Shown here: positions 25,297 to 36,654 of the stretch, piece after piece
Position numbering within the stretch: the first letter of the stretch is position 1
Layout: each line of letters opens with the position of its first letter
Source of the DNA: Callorhinchus milii
Taxonomy: Eukaryota
NCBI RefSeq assembly: GCF_018977255.1
Contig: NW_024704742.1
Location: forward strand, 121,956,001 to 122,020,000
Reading direction: 5' to 3'
DNA: 64,000 bases
Position numbers and translations under genes: made by a program
The notes under the pieces: generated by a model
The model's input: the letters and a program-made list of their open reading frames with translations, nothing else
What the model was told of the DNA's origin: nothing
Database searches by the model: none

Positions 25297-25675
25297 TGGA
25301 GTCCTGTTGCTTAGTGGTTAGAGCACCTGCCTAGCAATCGAGAGGACCTGGGTTTGATTCCCAGGAAGGCCGAAATGTTGGTCAAGTGTCCATACTCCCA
25401 ACAACAGCAAATCCACATGTCTCTGTTCAACTAAAGTAAGTAGGAACCCAGTTATTAGTTGATTGGCAGATTGTTTTTCCGGGGGTAATAACCCCTTCAC
25501 AATAATAATAATAATTTGGTCACTCAATCCACGACTGTTTATGGGACACTGCTGTGCGCAATTGGCTGCCTCTTTGGCCCACAAAATATACAATCAATTC
25601 ACTTGACAGTATATTTTGTGAAGCGCTTTCAGACATCTTGAAGACTTGACAAGGCGCTATATAAAATGTTATTAC
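25297..25675 (+). mobile_element. tRNA-derived SINE, long variant
   Basis: TGGAGTCCTG head, internal segment with a small insertion, body and tail. Confidence 0.92.
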
Positions 25676-26681
25676 TTATTTCATTTCACAGAAAATGCAG
25701 AATGAGCGAGAATATTGCTATATCTGATGAGCAATCTGGTAGCAGTGTATGAAAGCATTGACATGTGGGTGGCACCAGAATACAATGGTGAAGCCCCAGA
25801 CACATCCTCCTCAAAGCTGAGGTGCAGATCTGACCTGGATCACTGTGTGCAGGGAGATTAGACATTGGTGAAAATGGCTTTTGAGTTCCAAACAAGCTGT
25901 CAAGAGCAGCATTGACAAAGCCTTGGGAGTATGTTTCCTATCCAACCTCTCAGCTGCAGTTCACTTTGGATGGAAAACATCCCCTCTACATGGCCTGGCT
26001 AGATCAAAGGCCCTACATGGAGTATTCAGAATGTCAATGCCAACTTATTAATGGTTGTAAAATAATAATATATATAATCCTTGCATTTGATATAGCGCTT
26101 TTCACGACTTCTCGACGTCTCAAAGCGCTTCACAGAATATGTGAATTGACCGTATATTTGTGGGAAAAATAGTGCTCATGTATTAAAAAATTGATTCTGC
26201 AGCATGAACTCTAAAGTGATAATTCCCCAATGACGATTAAGTTTACAGATCTCTTATAATTTTCACTTCTAGAAGAAGAAAATACAAACACATCAGTGGC
26301 TTCTTGCACCAACAACAACAATTTCTGCCAGCAACTTTTATCGTAACCTATTGAAGACCTCCTCAACATTGGTTGCTGTGTTCACCTACAAATACACAGT
26401 CACTACACTTTACAATAAATTCCTGTGAAGCGACTGGAGATACTATAGAATCATCGAATATCACAGCACAGAAGGAGGCAATACATTTGCCTCCTTCTGT
26501 GAGAAATATATTTCTCTTTTTGAACAGTCTCAATGAATCTTAACTGTTTAATGGATCTTGGTTGAACACCACCTGAAAGATGGATTTATGGAATTACTAT
26601 TGAATTTTCTCCATTTGGTCTTCTCCTTTTGAGAGTCATTCAAATAGTTCAGGGTTTATTGTAGAAATTTGTATCAAACAG

Positions 26682-27178
26682 AGCCTGGCTCAGTGATAGC
26701 ACCCTCACCCCGGAGTCAGAAGGTTGTGGATTCAAGACCCATTTCAGGAATTGGAATTATTTTATCTAAATTGACACTCCAATGCAGTGCTGGGGTGTTG
26801 CATTGTTGGAGGTGCCGTCTTTTGGATGAGGCATTAAACTGAGATCCATCTGACTGTTGAGGTAGATGTTAAAGTTCCCATGGCACTATTGGAAAGAGAA
26901 GGGAGTGTCTCCTGGTGTTGTGGCCAACAAATTCCCCAAATAAAATTGTTCACTCAATCCATGGTTGTTTGTGGAACATTGTTGTGCACAACTGGCTGCT
27001 GTGCTTCACCCACAAAATACAGACTATGCTTTTCAGTATTACGTAATTTATTATTGAAAAATGTATTGATGTGCATTTTGTTAGTGAAACACGGCAGCCA
27101 GTTATGCAGCACTTTGAGAGGTCTCAGTGATGTGATAAGGTGCTATATCAATTGTAAGAATTATTATTATTATTATAA
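26682..27178 (+). mobile_element. DeuSINE (SacSINE1-like), near full length
   Basis: CCTGGCTCAGTGATAGCACCCTCACC head; GGAGGTGCCGTCTTTTGGATGAG core; tail. Confidence 0.88.
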
Positions 27179-27759
27179 CAATGTATGCTATTCTTGTATT
27201 GTAGTGTTATACTTTTTTTTGAAAGGGGCAGTTGGTAGTGAGTCAGAAGGTTATGGGTTCAAGCTCCACATCTGGACTTGGAATTTATGGTCAAGACTGA
27301 CAGTCCAATTGACATTCAACTAAAAATACATAGTTACTACACTTCATAGTGTCCCAAAACCTGTGAAGCGCTTTGAGATGTCTCAACGATCTTTCTACTT
27401 TCATCTAATCTTCCCTTAAACACTAACACCTTTCATGCAATCTGTGTGAAACTATGCAGGATCGCTCAACCAGTCAGCAAGGGCCCTCAAACAAGCCACT
27501 GAAAAAAACAGTGTAACCAGAATCAGATTTAAGTAAGTAGTGCCTGTGTTTCTCCTTGCCTGCAGCACTAAAAGCCATCTGTAGACCAAAAGGTTGACTA
27601 TGAATAGAGAAATGTCAGAGTTAAAGGCAATTTCATTTGAATGTCCTAACCCCTTACTGAACGTGATGTCTGATTATTTTATTCTACCATCCACAAGCTC
27701 CAGCTCGTCAAAATTTGGCTTCTCGTACTGAGCTTTACCTTTCAACCCCATCTTGGGCG

Positions 27760-28082
27760 TGGAGTCCTGTAGCTCAGTAGTTAGAGCACTCACACTCGCC
27801 TTGCAAGCGAGAGACCTGAGTTTGATTCCTGGCAAGGCAAAACCTTGGGCAAGATTCCTTACTCCACATGCCTGATAATAATCCCTCAAGAAAAAACCAA
27901 CAAACAAAAAAAAGCAATAATAAATTGGCCACTTCAATCCACGACTGTTTGTGGGACACTGCTGTGCACAATTGGCTGCCGCGTTTCGTCCACAAATATA
28001 AAGCCAACTCATTTTGAGAGCTTTGAGACGTCTAGAAGACTTGAACAGCACTATATCAAATGCAAGGATTATTATAATTATG
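27760..28082 (+). mobile_element. tRNA-derived SINE, short variant with TAGAA-loop tail
   Basis: Full head, lacks the internal segment, GACGTCTAGAAGAC loop. Confidence 0.93.
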
Positions 28083-28084
28083 AT

Positions 28085-28535
28085 ATCCTCACCAGGCTCC
28101 ACGAGCTCCCTGGCACCTATCGACTTCAAGATTCTTGCTCACATTTCTCTACATGCCCTCTGCTCACTCTACTATTCATCCTATCTGCTTGCACTCTAGT
28201 GATGCTACCCCATTCTAAAGCTGCTATGTAAATGCATGTTGTTTTTGCTTAGCAATCTCAAACCTGTTTTATGTTGTTTGTCCACCCCACCAATGGCAAT
28301 CAAGCTTTAGCCAATTCACCCCTACCCTCTGGAACGCCCTCCCAAAATCCCTTGCCGAGCACCCTCGCTATCTGTATTTAAAAAGTTCCTGAAAGCCTGT
28401 CTCTTCAACTAAGCCTGGAGTCATCTTCCTCCTCTCTCCCCTCCCAACCCCTCTGCTCGGTGTTCAGTACCATCTCTGCAGTGTAGTCCAAGACGTTACC
28501 TTACATGAAAAACACTATATAATCTAAATTGTTGG
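28085..28535 (+). mobile_element. Old L2 3' fragments
   Basis: ATCGACTTCAAGATTCTT and CCTACCCTCTGGAACGCCCTCCC motifs with degenerate tails. Confidence 0.7.
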
Positions 28536-29139
28536 TTTTGCTTTTTAAAAATGATGGATTTAATCTGTGACAAAGGGGAGAGGACATTCTGTGCTGTGCT
28601 GTCCTGTGCAAGATGTAAATTATACTGCTGGTGTGTTTTTCCATTACACCGTCATTTTAAGGACAGAGTCTTGTTCTAGGTACTACGTGCAGAAAAAAAA
28701 TTGCACCTCACCCGAGTGTGGTATCATGAGTTTATCTTGCTCAATCTGTGTGAACTCAAAATTATTCCAATTTTTTTTAGTTTGGTACAAACGCCACTAA
28801 AACCCTTGAAAGCTTTAAAGTTTTAAAGTGTGGCAAAAGATATTGATTTCCAGTAAACCTCCTGTGAAAGATATGAATAAGATGAAGGAAAAGTACAGCA
28901 CAATACTTTCAAATATTGACAGAGCGGGAACCAAATAAGAAGTGTTTGGTTAGTAGACGACATTAACAATTTCTACATGGGAAAGTAAACACTTTTTTCT
29001 TTGGTCAGTCGAAAATCTGAACAAATGCAGAAACCCGTCACCAAGCTTAAGAGTTTCCAAACCAGGCTGAAACTCCCACATATATATGTCACTTACACAT
29101 ACAAATGTCCTTGTGTCTGGAATGGAGTGCTTATTCTCT

Positions 29140-29530
29140 TCCTGAAGGCTCGCATCCTGCTTACCTGATTCCTGAGAGTATTAAACCATTTAAAGCACAG
29201 TTTGGCAAGCTTCCCACTGCCTGTCTAACTAGAACGACCTTACCCATTAGAACTTTTGGCTTGCAGGGTTAGCAGGAGCTGAGTGGGAAGAATCCCTGTT
29301 CCCAGTGGCCAGCCTGCTCTTCCATGTCCTGCTTAAATGCTGCGAGACACTATCCTGCTTGCAAGTTTTGTTGTTGTTGATGAGCCAGTCTGTTATCAGC
29401 AGTTCCCTGGAATACCACAAACCTACCTGGCTCAGGAACTGGACTGTCAAGACTACCACAGAGGCTTGACTCAATTCCAACAATCCATTGCCAAGCATGT
29501 CATCTTGGAGTCCCCACCTTCCCATGCAGG
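29140..29530 (-). mobile_element. Second copy of the 1320-1690 repeat (putative RTE 5' UTR)
   Basis: 29485-29510 is the exact reverse complement of 1337-1362; further colinear blocks at 29276-29331 and 29150-29172. Confidence 0.7.
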
Positions 29531-29918
29531 AGGGTGTCATTGGACATTGAAAAAACACTAAGACTGGCTGAAACTAACACCCAGCACTGCCAAAACCCTC
29601 ATCCACGTCACCCCTGCTGCAACTGTACCAATTGTCTTCCCAGTTTCACTATCCACAAAATACAACTAATTCAGAACTCCGCCACCCATATACTTGCCCA
29701 CTCAAAACCCTGTACCTTCATCACACCAGTCTTTGCCACTGCACTTTACAGTGAATGTTGTGAAGTGCTTTTAGATATTTTCCTGACTTGAAAGGCTATA
29801 TCAAATGTACTGCTGTTCTGGTCGCTTCCATGCAGACTGAACAAACATCTTGAAGCAAGCAACTCAACTCAACAAGCAATTCATAGCACGTAGGAAAAGT
29901 GCTGTATAGATTCTCTAG

Positions 29919-31032
29919 AACAACAACAACAACAAAATTACATTTATAGAGCACCTTTCACGTTGGGAGAACGTCCCAAAGCGCTGAACAGTCAGATGTT
30001 GGGGCCCGAGCATGAGGGAGGGGTGGTGTAGGGAGTGAGGGAAGGCAGAGAGGTGGGAGGGAGACCAAAGGCACAGAAGGGGAGGGTCTTGAGACTGGCC
30101 TTGAAAGATGCAAGGGAGGAAGCGAGGCGAAGGGACCGTGGGATGGAGTTCCAGAGTGTGGGGGCAGAGAGGCTGAAAGCCCGGCTACCAATGGTAGGGC
30201 GGGTCGGGCGGGAGACATGGAGCAGGCCGGAGCCTGATGAGCGGAGGGAGCATGTAGATTGGTAGGGGGTCAGCAGGTCAGAGAGGTAGGAGGGGGCAAG
30301 GCCGTGGATGGTCTTAAAGGTGAGGACGAGGATCTTGAACTCGATACTCTGGCGGATGGGGAGCCAGTGGAGTCGGGCGAGGGTGGGAGTGATGGGGTCA
30401 CGGAGCCTGATGCATGAGAGTACATAGCTGCAGAGTTTTGGATGATCTGCAGCTTGTGAAGGGAAGTGTTGGAAAGGCCGATGAGGAGGGAGTTCCCGTA
30501 ATCAAGCCTTGAGGTGACAAATGTGTGGGTGAGGATTTCGGCGTGAGGCAGTGGCAGAGTCTGGCAATGTTGCGGAGGTGGTGGTAGGCAGTGCCGGTCA
30601 TGGCGCGGATGTGGGGGAGAAAGGATAGTTCAAGGTCAAACAAGACAGCCAGGTTCCTGACTGGCTTAGTGAGGTTGAGTGTGCAACCATGGAGGTTGAT
30701 GCTGCCAGCGCCTGAAGTGCGGAGGCGCTGGCGCGAGCCAATCAGGAGGGCCTCGGTCTTGCTGACGTTGAGTTGGAGAAAGTTAGCCCTCGTCTAGGAC
30801 TTGATGTTGGACAGGCAGTCGGTCAGGACCTCAGTAGTCCTGGAGTTCAGGGTGGAGGCAGAGAGATAAAGTTGGGTGTCATCCCTATATATGTGGAAAT
30901 TTACCCCATGTCTGTGGATGACGTCACCAAAGGGGAGCATGTAGGCTGATGCTGCCAGCGCCTGAAGTGCGGAGGCACTGGCGCGAGCCAATCAGGAGGG
31001 CCTCGGTCTTGCTGAAGTTGAGTTGGAGAAAG
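29919..31032 (-). mobile_element. L2-clade LINE 3' portion with duplicated segment at its 5' end
   Basis: [39 protein letters not shown]...HHLRNIARL; tail with (CAA)n on the + strand. Confidence 0.95.
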
Positions 31033-31279
31033 CCTCACCCACAGATTTGTCATTTGAAATTTGAAACACATCATGAGATCTACGGCTTAACCTTATCTGC
31101 AGTATTTGCTTCCTTTTTTAAAGGCAGGATGTCATGGTTAAACTGAACTCCAATAAGGCCCCTCTCCTTCCAGGATCACAATTCTTGTGTGATCCTGACA
31201 AGTTATTCAATCATTGGATCATCTCAATTGAACATAACTTTACCCTCCTTGGCATTGCCACTCCAAACAAAGAAGAAAA

Positions 31280-31475
31280 ATGTGGCCATTCAATCCACGA
31301 CTGTTTGTGGGACACACCTGTGCCAATTGGCTTCCACTTTTGGCCCACAAATACACAGTCAATCCACTTTGCAATATATTCAGTGATGCACTTTGAGACA
31401 TCTCAACGACATGATAAGGCGCTATATCAAATGCAAGGATTATTACTTTTATTATTTTTAAATAATTATTATTAT
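31280..31475 (+). mobile_element. SINE 3' half
   Basis: CAATCCACGACTGTTTGTGGGACAC body plus tail. Confidence 0.88.
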
Positions 31476-31518
31476 GATGATGTAAACAACCAATTAGGGT
31501 GATAGAATAGTGATCTGA

Positions 31519-32222
31519 GGCCTGAATTCCCATGGTTTCACACAGGGCGATCTTAAATTGTAAAACAATTGTCTTAGCCTTAAGATTTAAAAAGACTTCA
31601 ATGACTTTAAAATTTAAGGTTGGCCAGAATTTTGGAAAATTCTTAATTTGAGTCTCAAGTAGAAAAAGGGTTTTTCACAGTTTTAAAAAACAGCTTGCAA
31701 ATTAACACTAAAAATATTTTTTTTTCACAAACTTAAATTGTCTTAAGACTAAGACCATGAGAAATTTCAAAACTCAGAAGCAGGAACTCAAATGAATTAT
31801 TTTTCTATTTGTTTTAGCTGGAGAAGCTGAGGTCAACTGTAGTTTCTCCGCTGTCTTGAATGTTTCTCTCTGGAGGCAGATTTTTGGACGGCGTCTGAAT
31901 GATATTCAGAATAAATATTGCCTTGGGTCTCAAGTTGCTTGCTGTGCCTTGGCAGACAAAATGTATTTTTCACTGTTTAGATGATCTTCCAGTAAACACT
32001 GGAAATGGATAACAAAAGGTTTTCTAAATCAAAGCTAAAAATCTGAAACCTGGGCTATTCAAGATTTCACTCAGACTTAAGACCAGAAAAACTTTAAGAC
32101 CGTGCAGAATTTTAGAAAATTCTCAAAAACAGATTTTCAAATGAATAATTTTCCATATATTTCAAATATTATAAAGTTTAAAACAATGGCCTTAAGGCTA
32201 GGCCTGTGAGAAATGACAGACC
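31519..32222. mobile_element. AT-rich MITE-like relic with internal inverted motifs
   Basis: GTCTTAGCCTTAAG (31571) is inverted relative to GTCTTAAGACTAAGAC (31740) and CCTTAAGGCTAGG (32190); related copy at 61460-61640. Confidence 0.5.
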
Positions 32223-32974
32223 TCTGTGATCGAGAAGCTTCTTCTAAAGCGGTTGAAACATCATAATGTAAATCTGTTGACAGATCTCATTTTACATAAA
32301 ATAGTTATACTAAGGACACCTGCATTTTATGTGTTTTTGAAGCACAAGAAAAAAAAACTAGAACTGAGGTGGAACATCAGGTGACTGATTTAACTGTGAT
32401 GTGGTTACAGTGGCATATGCGCCTTTCTTCATGTTTGTTAGTTAAAAATCATTGCATCAGATTTGGGTAACTACACTGTCAGCCAGCTATGCACTTAACA
32501 ACTGTGCGCTAGAAGAATTGGTTCACAAAATCACAAGATTGGTTCGGATGAAGGAGTCCCTTTGGCCCGTCTGATCTCATCCTACCAGAATATCCAGTTT
32601 ACTGTCTTCCCATCAAAGCAACAAGCTACTTTCTGATAAGTCCAGTGTCCCGACCTCAACCACGATTACTATTCCTGGCAATAGTTCCAGTTGTTAATTA
32701 CAACAACAAATTGCTTTTCACATTGGGAGATTTCAAACAGTCCAATGGGATCATCAATATGCATTTGGGAACAGGCAGATGAGGACCTTGTTTAACGTCT
32801 CATCCAAAGCATGACACCTCTGACAGTGACATTGGAGCGCTCCCCTGGCACTTCACTGGAGGCTCAGCCTAAGACACAGAGAGGTGACAGCACTACCAAA
32901 GCAAATCATGGTATATAGGATTGGAGAAATGGAGAATATAGCTGCCGAATACAGCTGATAAAAAGAACATCGCT

Positions 32975-33375
32975 GAACAGTCAGAGGGACCTCGGTTTAA
33001 CGTCTCATAGAATCATAGAATCATAGAATATTACAGCACAGAAGGAGGCCATTTGTCCCACGTGCCTGTGCCGGATCTTTGGAAGAGCTATCTAATGAGT
33101 CCTACTACCCCGCTCTTACCCCATAACCTTGCAAATGTTTCCTTTGCAAGTACTCATCCAATTCCCTTTTGAAAGTTGTTATTGAATCTGTTCCACCACC
33201 CTTTCAGGTAATGCCTTCTAGATCATCTCAACTGAAGGATGGCACCCCCAGCACAACATTGGGTGTCTAGACTGTTGTCAGTCTAGACTATGTGAGTTCA
33301 AAGGGCTGACGAGGCACTTTAACCCACAACCTTCTGACCCAGAGGCAAGAGTGCTACCAACTGAGCTAGGTTGAT
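32975..33375 (-). mobile_element. DeuSINE 5' half split by a CR1 3' end (about 33005-33225, minus strand)
   Basis: AACGTCTCA|(TAGAATCA)n CR1 tail...|TCTCAACTGAAGGATGGCACC; the Deu core resumes after a short TCTCA repeat. Confidence 0.85.
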
Positions 33376-34058
33376 ATACGATGAGCGCGATAAACTAGCA
33401 TTCAGTAAAATCTTGTTGCAATCAATCAGTTGTGTACTCATTACAGTCACTGAAACAAGCCTGTTCTTGCTGCACTGTGATCAATAACACAGCACCATAT
33501 GGTGCAAACATTACTGCAACATCTATATTTTAAAGATTGCATTGTCACTTGTACTTACAACTCACTGAAGCTGCAAAAGTATTTATTCCGAGCTTTTTAT
33601 TCAGCCATCTCAACATAAAGCATTTTAAACACATTAATTTATTACTGTTGTACACCCAATATTCTAACTTAGTGCTTTTAATAAACAAACCTTAGTAAAT
33701 TGAGGCTCATGCCAACCAAATGGGAGTTTTGTTGAAGTAATTGAAAATGATGAAACTAACTAGAAATGAGTCACTTGACTTATTATGAAAATTAATTTGT
33801 CGTTCAGAACACAATGGTGATAAAGAGCAGAAGACTGATCATAGAATAATGCAGACCCTAATGCAGATCTGAAATTCCATCCAGTCTCAGCATGTAACAA
33901 TTTGCATTTATATAGTACCCTTCAGTGGCAAGGTTAGATGCTGAGCAAGGGGCAAGGGGAGGGGGAAGTGACCATAGGCACAGTTGAAGAGGTAGGTCGA
34001 AAGGTGGGATTTAAAGATAGATAAAGAGGAGGTGAGGCAGAGGGATGAATCTTGGATA

Positions 34059-34133
34059 ATTTAACACCATTTTGTCTTAAAATTCAAGATTTAGCTGCTA
34101 GATCTTCAATTTTAAAACAAAATGGTGTTAAAT
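34059..34133. repeat. 75-bp near-perfect palindrome
   Basis: Arms 34059-34095 and 34097-34133 are reverse complements at 34 of 37 positions. Confidence 0.95.
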
Positions 34134-35030
34134 GGTTCAGTTTCTTTGTTAGTAATTCGTCAAAGAATTGCAATCATTTTTTGTAATCTAGCAATATTGC
34201 CCTAATATTGCTTGGGATATTATTTTGCATTTAGAGCTCCAAACGTCTTTTCAGTTGCATTCTGTGGAGCCAGTACAATAACCTGAGTTTATCTTACAAC
34301 CAAAAAGAACCATCTAAATTCACAGCAGAGAAGTCAATTTAGCCCATTGTGTCTATGCTGACTCTTTTCAGAGCAATCCTTTCAGTCCCATTTACTTACC
34401 CTTTACCCCATACCTATTTTATAGAAATATATCTTGTACCCTTTTGAAAGCTAATATGGATGATTTAACAGCCTCTGCTATTTGGAAATAAAGTACTAAC
34501 AGTACATACTCCAACAGTTGTTTTCAAATGAAAAAGACCTTAGTTCGGTCACATTAAATAGCTGCTTTAAATAAAGTGTAATTATGTAGAGTTATGGAGA
34601 GTTTGCAGCACACAAAAGGTTATTCAGTTCACTTTGCCTGACCTGAGATGGATTTATTTATTCTAATACCATTCTCCTTCTGTTTCCCCACACTTTAAGT
34701 ACAGTATTCATCTAATTCCCTTTCGAATGAATTATGGGCTCTACTTCAAAGTTTTATACAAACACTGGGTGTTAATTTATAACAATAACTAAAGCAAGTA
34801 GTTTGTGATTAAAATAATACATCACTTGTAATGATTCTTATACATTCATTTACTAACATCTAACATTGTGAGTTTGTAAAAATATACAAGCACTTAACAT
34901 AACATGTAGGAGCAGGAGTTCCAGCATTTGTGGTTTGAGACTGGGTTGGTGACTGTGTCCTGACTGTGTGGATGTAATATTAAACAGTATTTGTCTGGGA
35001 TTTCAAAACTTTAAAGGGACAAACTTATAT

Positions 35031-35630
35031 TGGAGTCCGTAGTGGTTAGCGCACTCGCCTCGCAAGCAAGATGACCTGGGTTCGATTCTGGGGCAGGGTG
35101 AAACGTTGGACAAGTTTTCTTACTCCACACGTCTTTGTTTACCTAGCATTAAGTAGGAATGCAGATTGGGCAGATCGCTTTTCCAGAGGTAACAATCCCT
35201 TCAAAAAAAATTAACAGTAAAAAAATGTGTCATCTCTATATTTCAATAGAACAAAGACACAGATTTCTGTTCTGTGCTGCTATTTCCTAACTTTGGAGTC
35301 GATGAAGATAATTATGGGCTATCGGGAGAGCACGGGGGAGTGGGATTGATTTTGGTAGCTCTTTTCAAAGAGCTGGCACAGACACGATGGGCTGAATGGC
35401 CTCCTTCTGTGCTGTATAATTCTATGATTCAATGAGGAAAAATAATAAGTCGGTCACTCTATCCCACGACTGTTTGTGAGACACTTCTGTGCGCAATTAG
35501 CTGTCGCATTTTGCTCACAAAATATAATCAATTAATTTTACAGTATATTCTGCGAAGAGCTTTGAAACTTCTAGAAGGTGTGATTGATAAGGCACTATAT
35601 GAAATGCAAGGATTATTATTATTATATAAC
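35031..35630 (+). mobile_element. tRNA-derived SINE split at its internal A-run by an insert that includes a CR1 3' end (about 35310-35430)
   Basis: Head 35031-35220; GATGGGCTGAATGGCCTCCTTCTGTGCTG...ATTCTATGATTC; SINE body resumes at about 35440. Confidence 0.88.
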
Positions 35631-35945
35631 AATAATCCTTGTATTGGGATTGAGCCTTACCACACTGTTCAGATGGAAGCGTTTTACAAGATTTTATTGT
35701 GAAGTGTCAAGACTATATATTTGTTGTCACGCATCAGGTGAATGCATTAATAAATTTGCACACATAGCCATTACGTGCTTGATCAATTTTATTTGACCTG
35801 AGAGATTGTCGACATGAGAGAAACTCCCTTCTCTTTTCAAAAAGTGCCATGGGATCATTAACGTCCACATGAACAGGCAGATGGGGCCTCATTCTAACAT
35901 CTCATTCAAAAGACGGCACCTCTAACAATGCAGTACACCCTCAGT
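35630..35945 (-). mobile_element. DeuSINE fragment, tail-to-tail with the preceding SINE
   Basis: GTGCCATGGGATCATTAACGTCCAC...AGACGGCACCTC is the reverse of the Deu core. Confidence 0.8.
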
Positions 35946-36270
35946 TTATGTTTGTTGTTGATAATTTGGCAGGGGGAGTGTATTTCAAGAGGTTATGTAG
36001 CTCAATCACAAAGAGAAAAAAATTGAAAGTGAAATTGTTCACATAAATTAATTGTTCAAAGTAGTTCATTTCAGTAACATTTCTTCTTAAAATATTACTT
36101 AGGAATCTGAAAAAAGAATCTGAATATAATTTTCGGGGGTAAATCAGTTGTCTGATCCATGTGGAAATCCATCATTACCATCATCATAGTGAATGTAACT
36201 TTGTTCAGCGTCTAAATATCATTCACCGAGGTTCATTTCTTTCAAAAGTGCTCATTCTCTTCTCAGGGAA

Positions 36271-36405
36271 ACAACAACAAGATTACATTTGTATAGCGCC
36301 TTTCACATAGGGAGGACGTCCCAAGGCGCTGGACAGAATACAGCATTTCAGACCCGAGCTGGGGTTTGGGGGATAAGGGAGGGGAGAGGAAGGGGGCTGG
36401 CTGAT
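36271..36405 (-). mobile_element. L2 3' end
   Basis: Reverse complement of 5800-5920. Confidence 0.9.
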
Positions 36406-36575
36406 GGCACTAATATATATAATAAATAATAAATATGTAATAAATATTGTCATCATCACCATGACAACACTATGTAAACTCTCCAACCTATTCATTTCAT
36501 GCAAAAAGCTTTTTTTTGACATTTTCTGAGACGAAAATGATATAAAACTTGTATTTTATTTTATTTTAAAATAAT

Positions 36576-36654
36576 ATGCAACAAATTGCTTCTAACAGCT
36601 TATTATGGTATTATCAGCATTGCGGTTTGATGTTCATTAGCTGTGTATTTCCTG
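36576..36654 (+). CDS. Candidate first coding exon, signal-peptide-like (MQQIASNSLLWYYQHCGLMFISCVFP/G), phase 1
   Basis: ATG at 36576, open to strong donor CTG|GTAAGT; 79 nt; unique sequence. No homology evidence. Confidence 0.22.
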
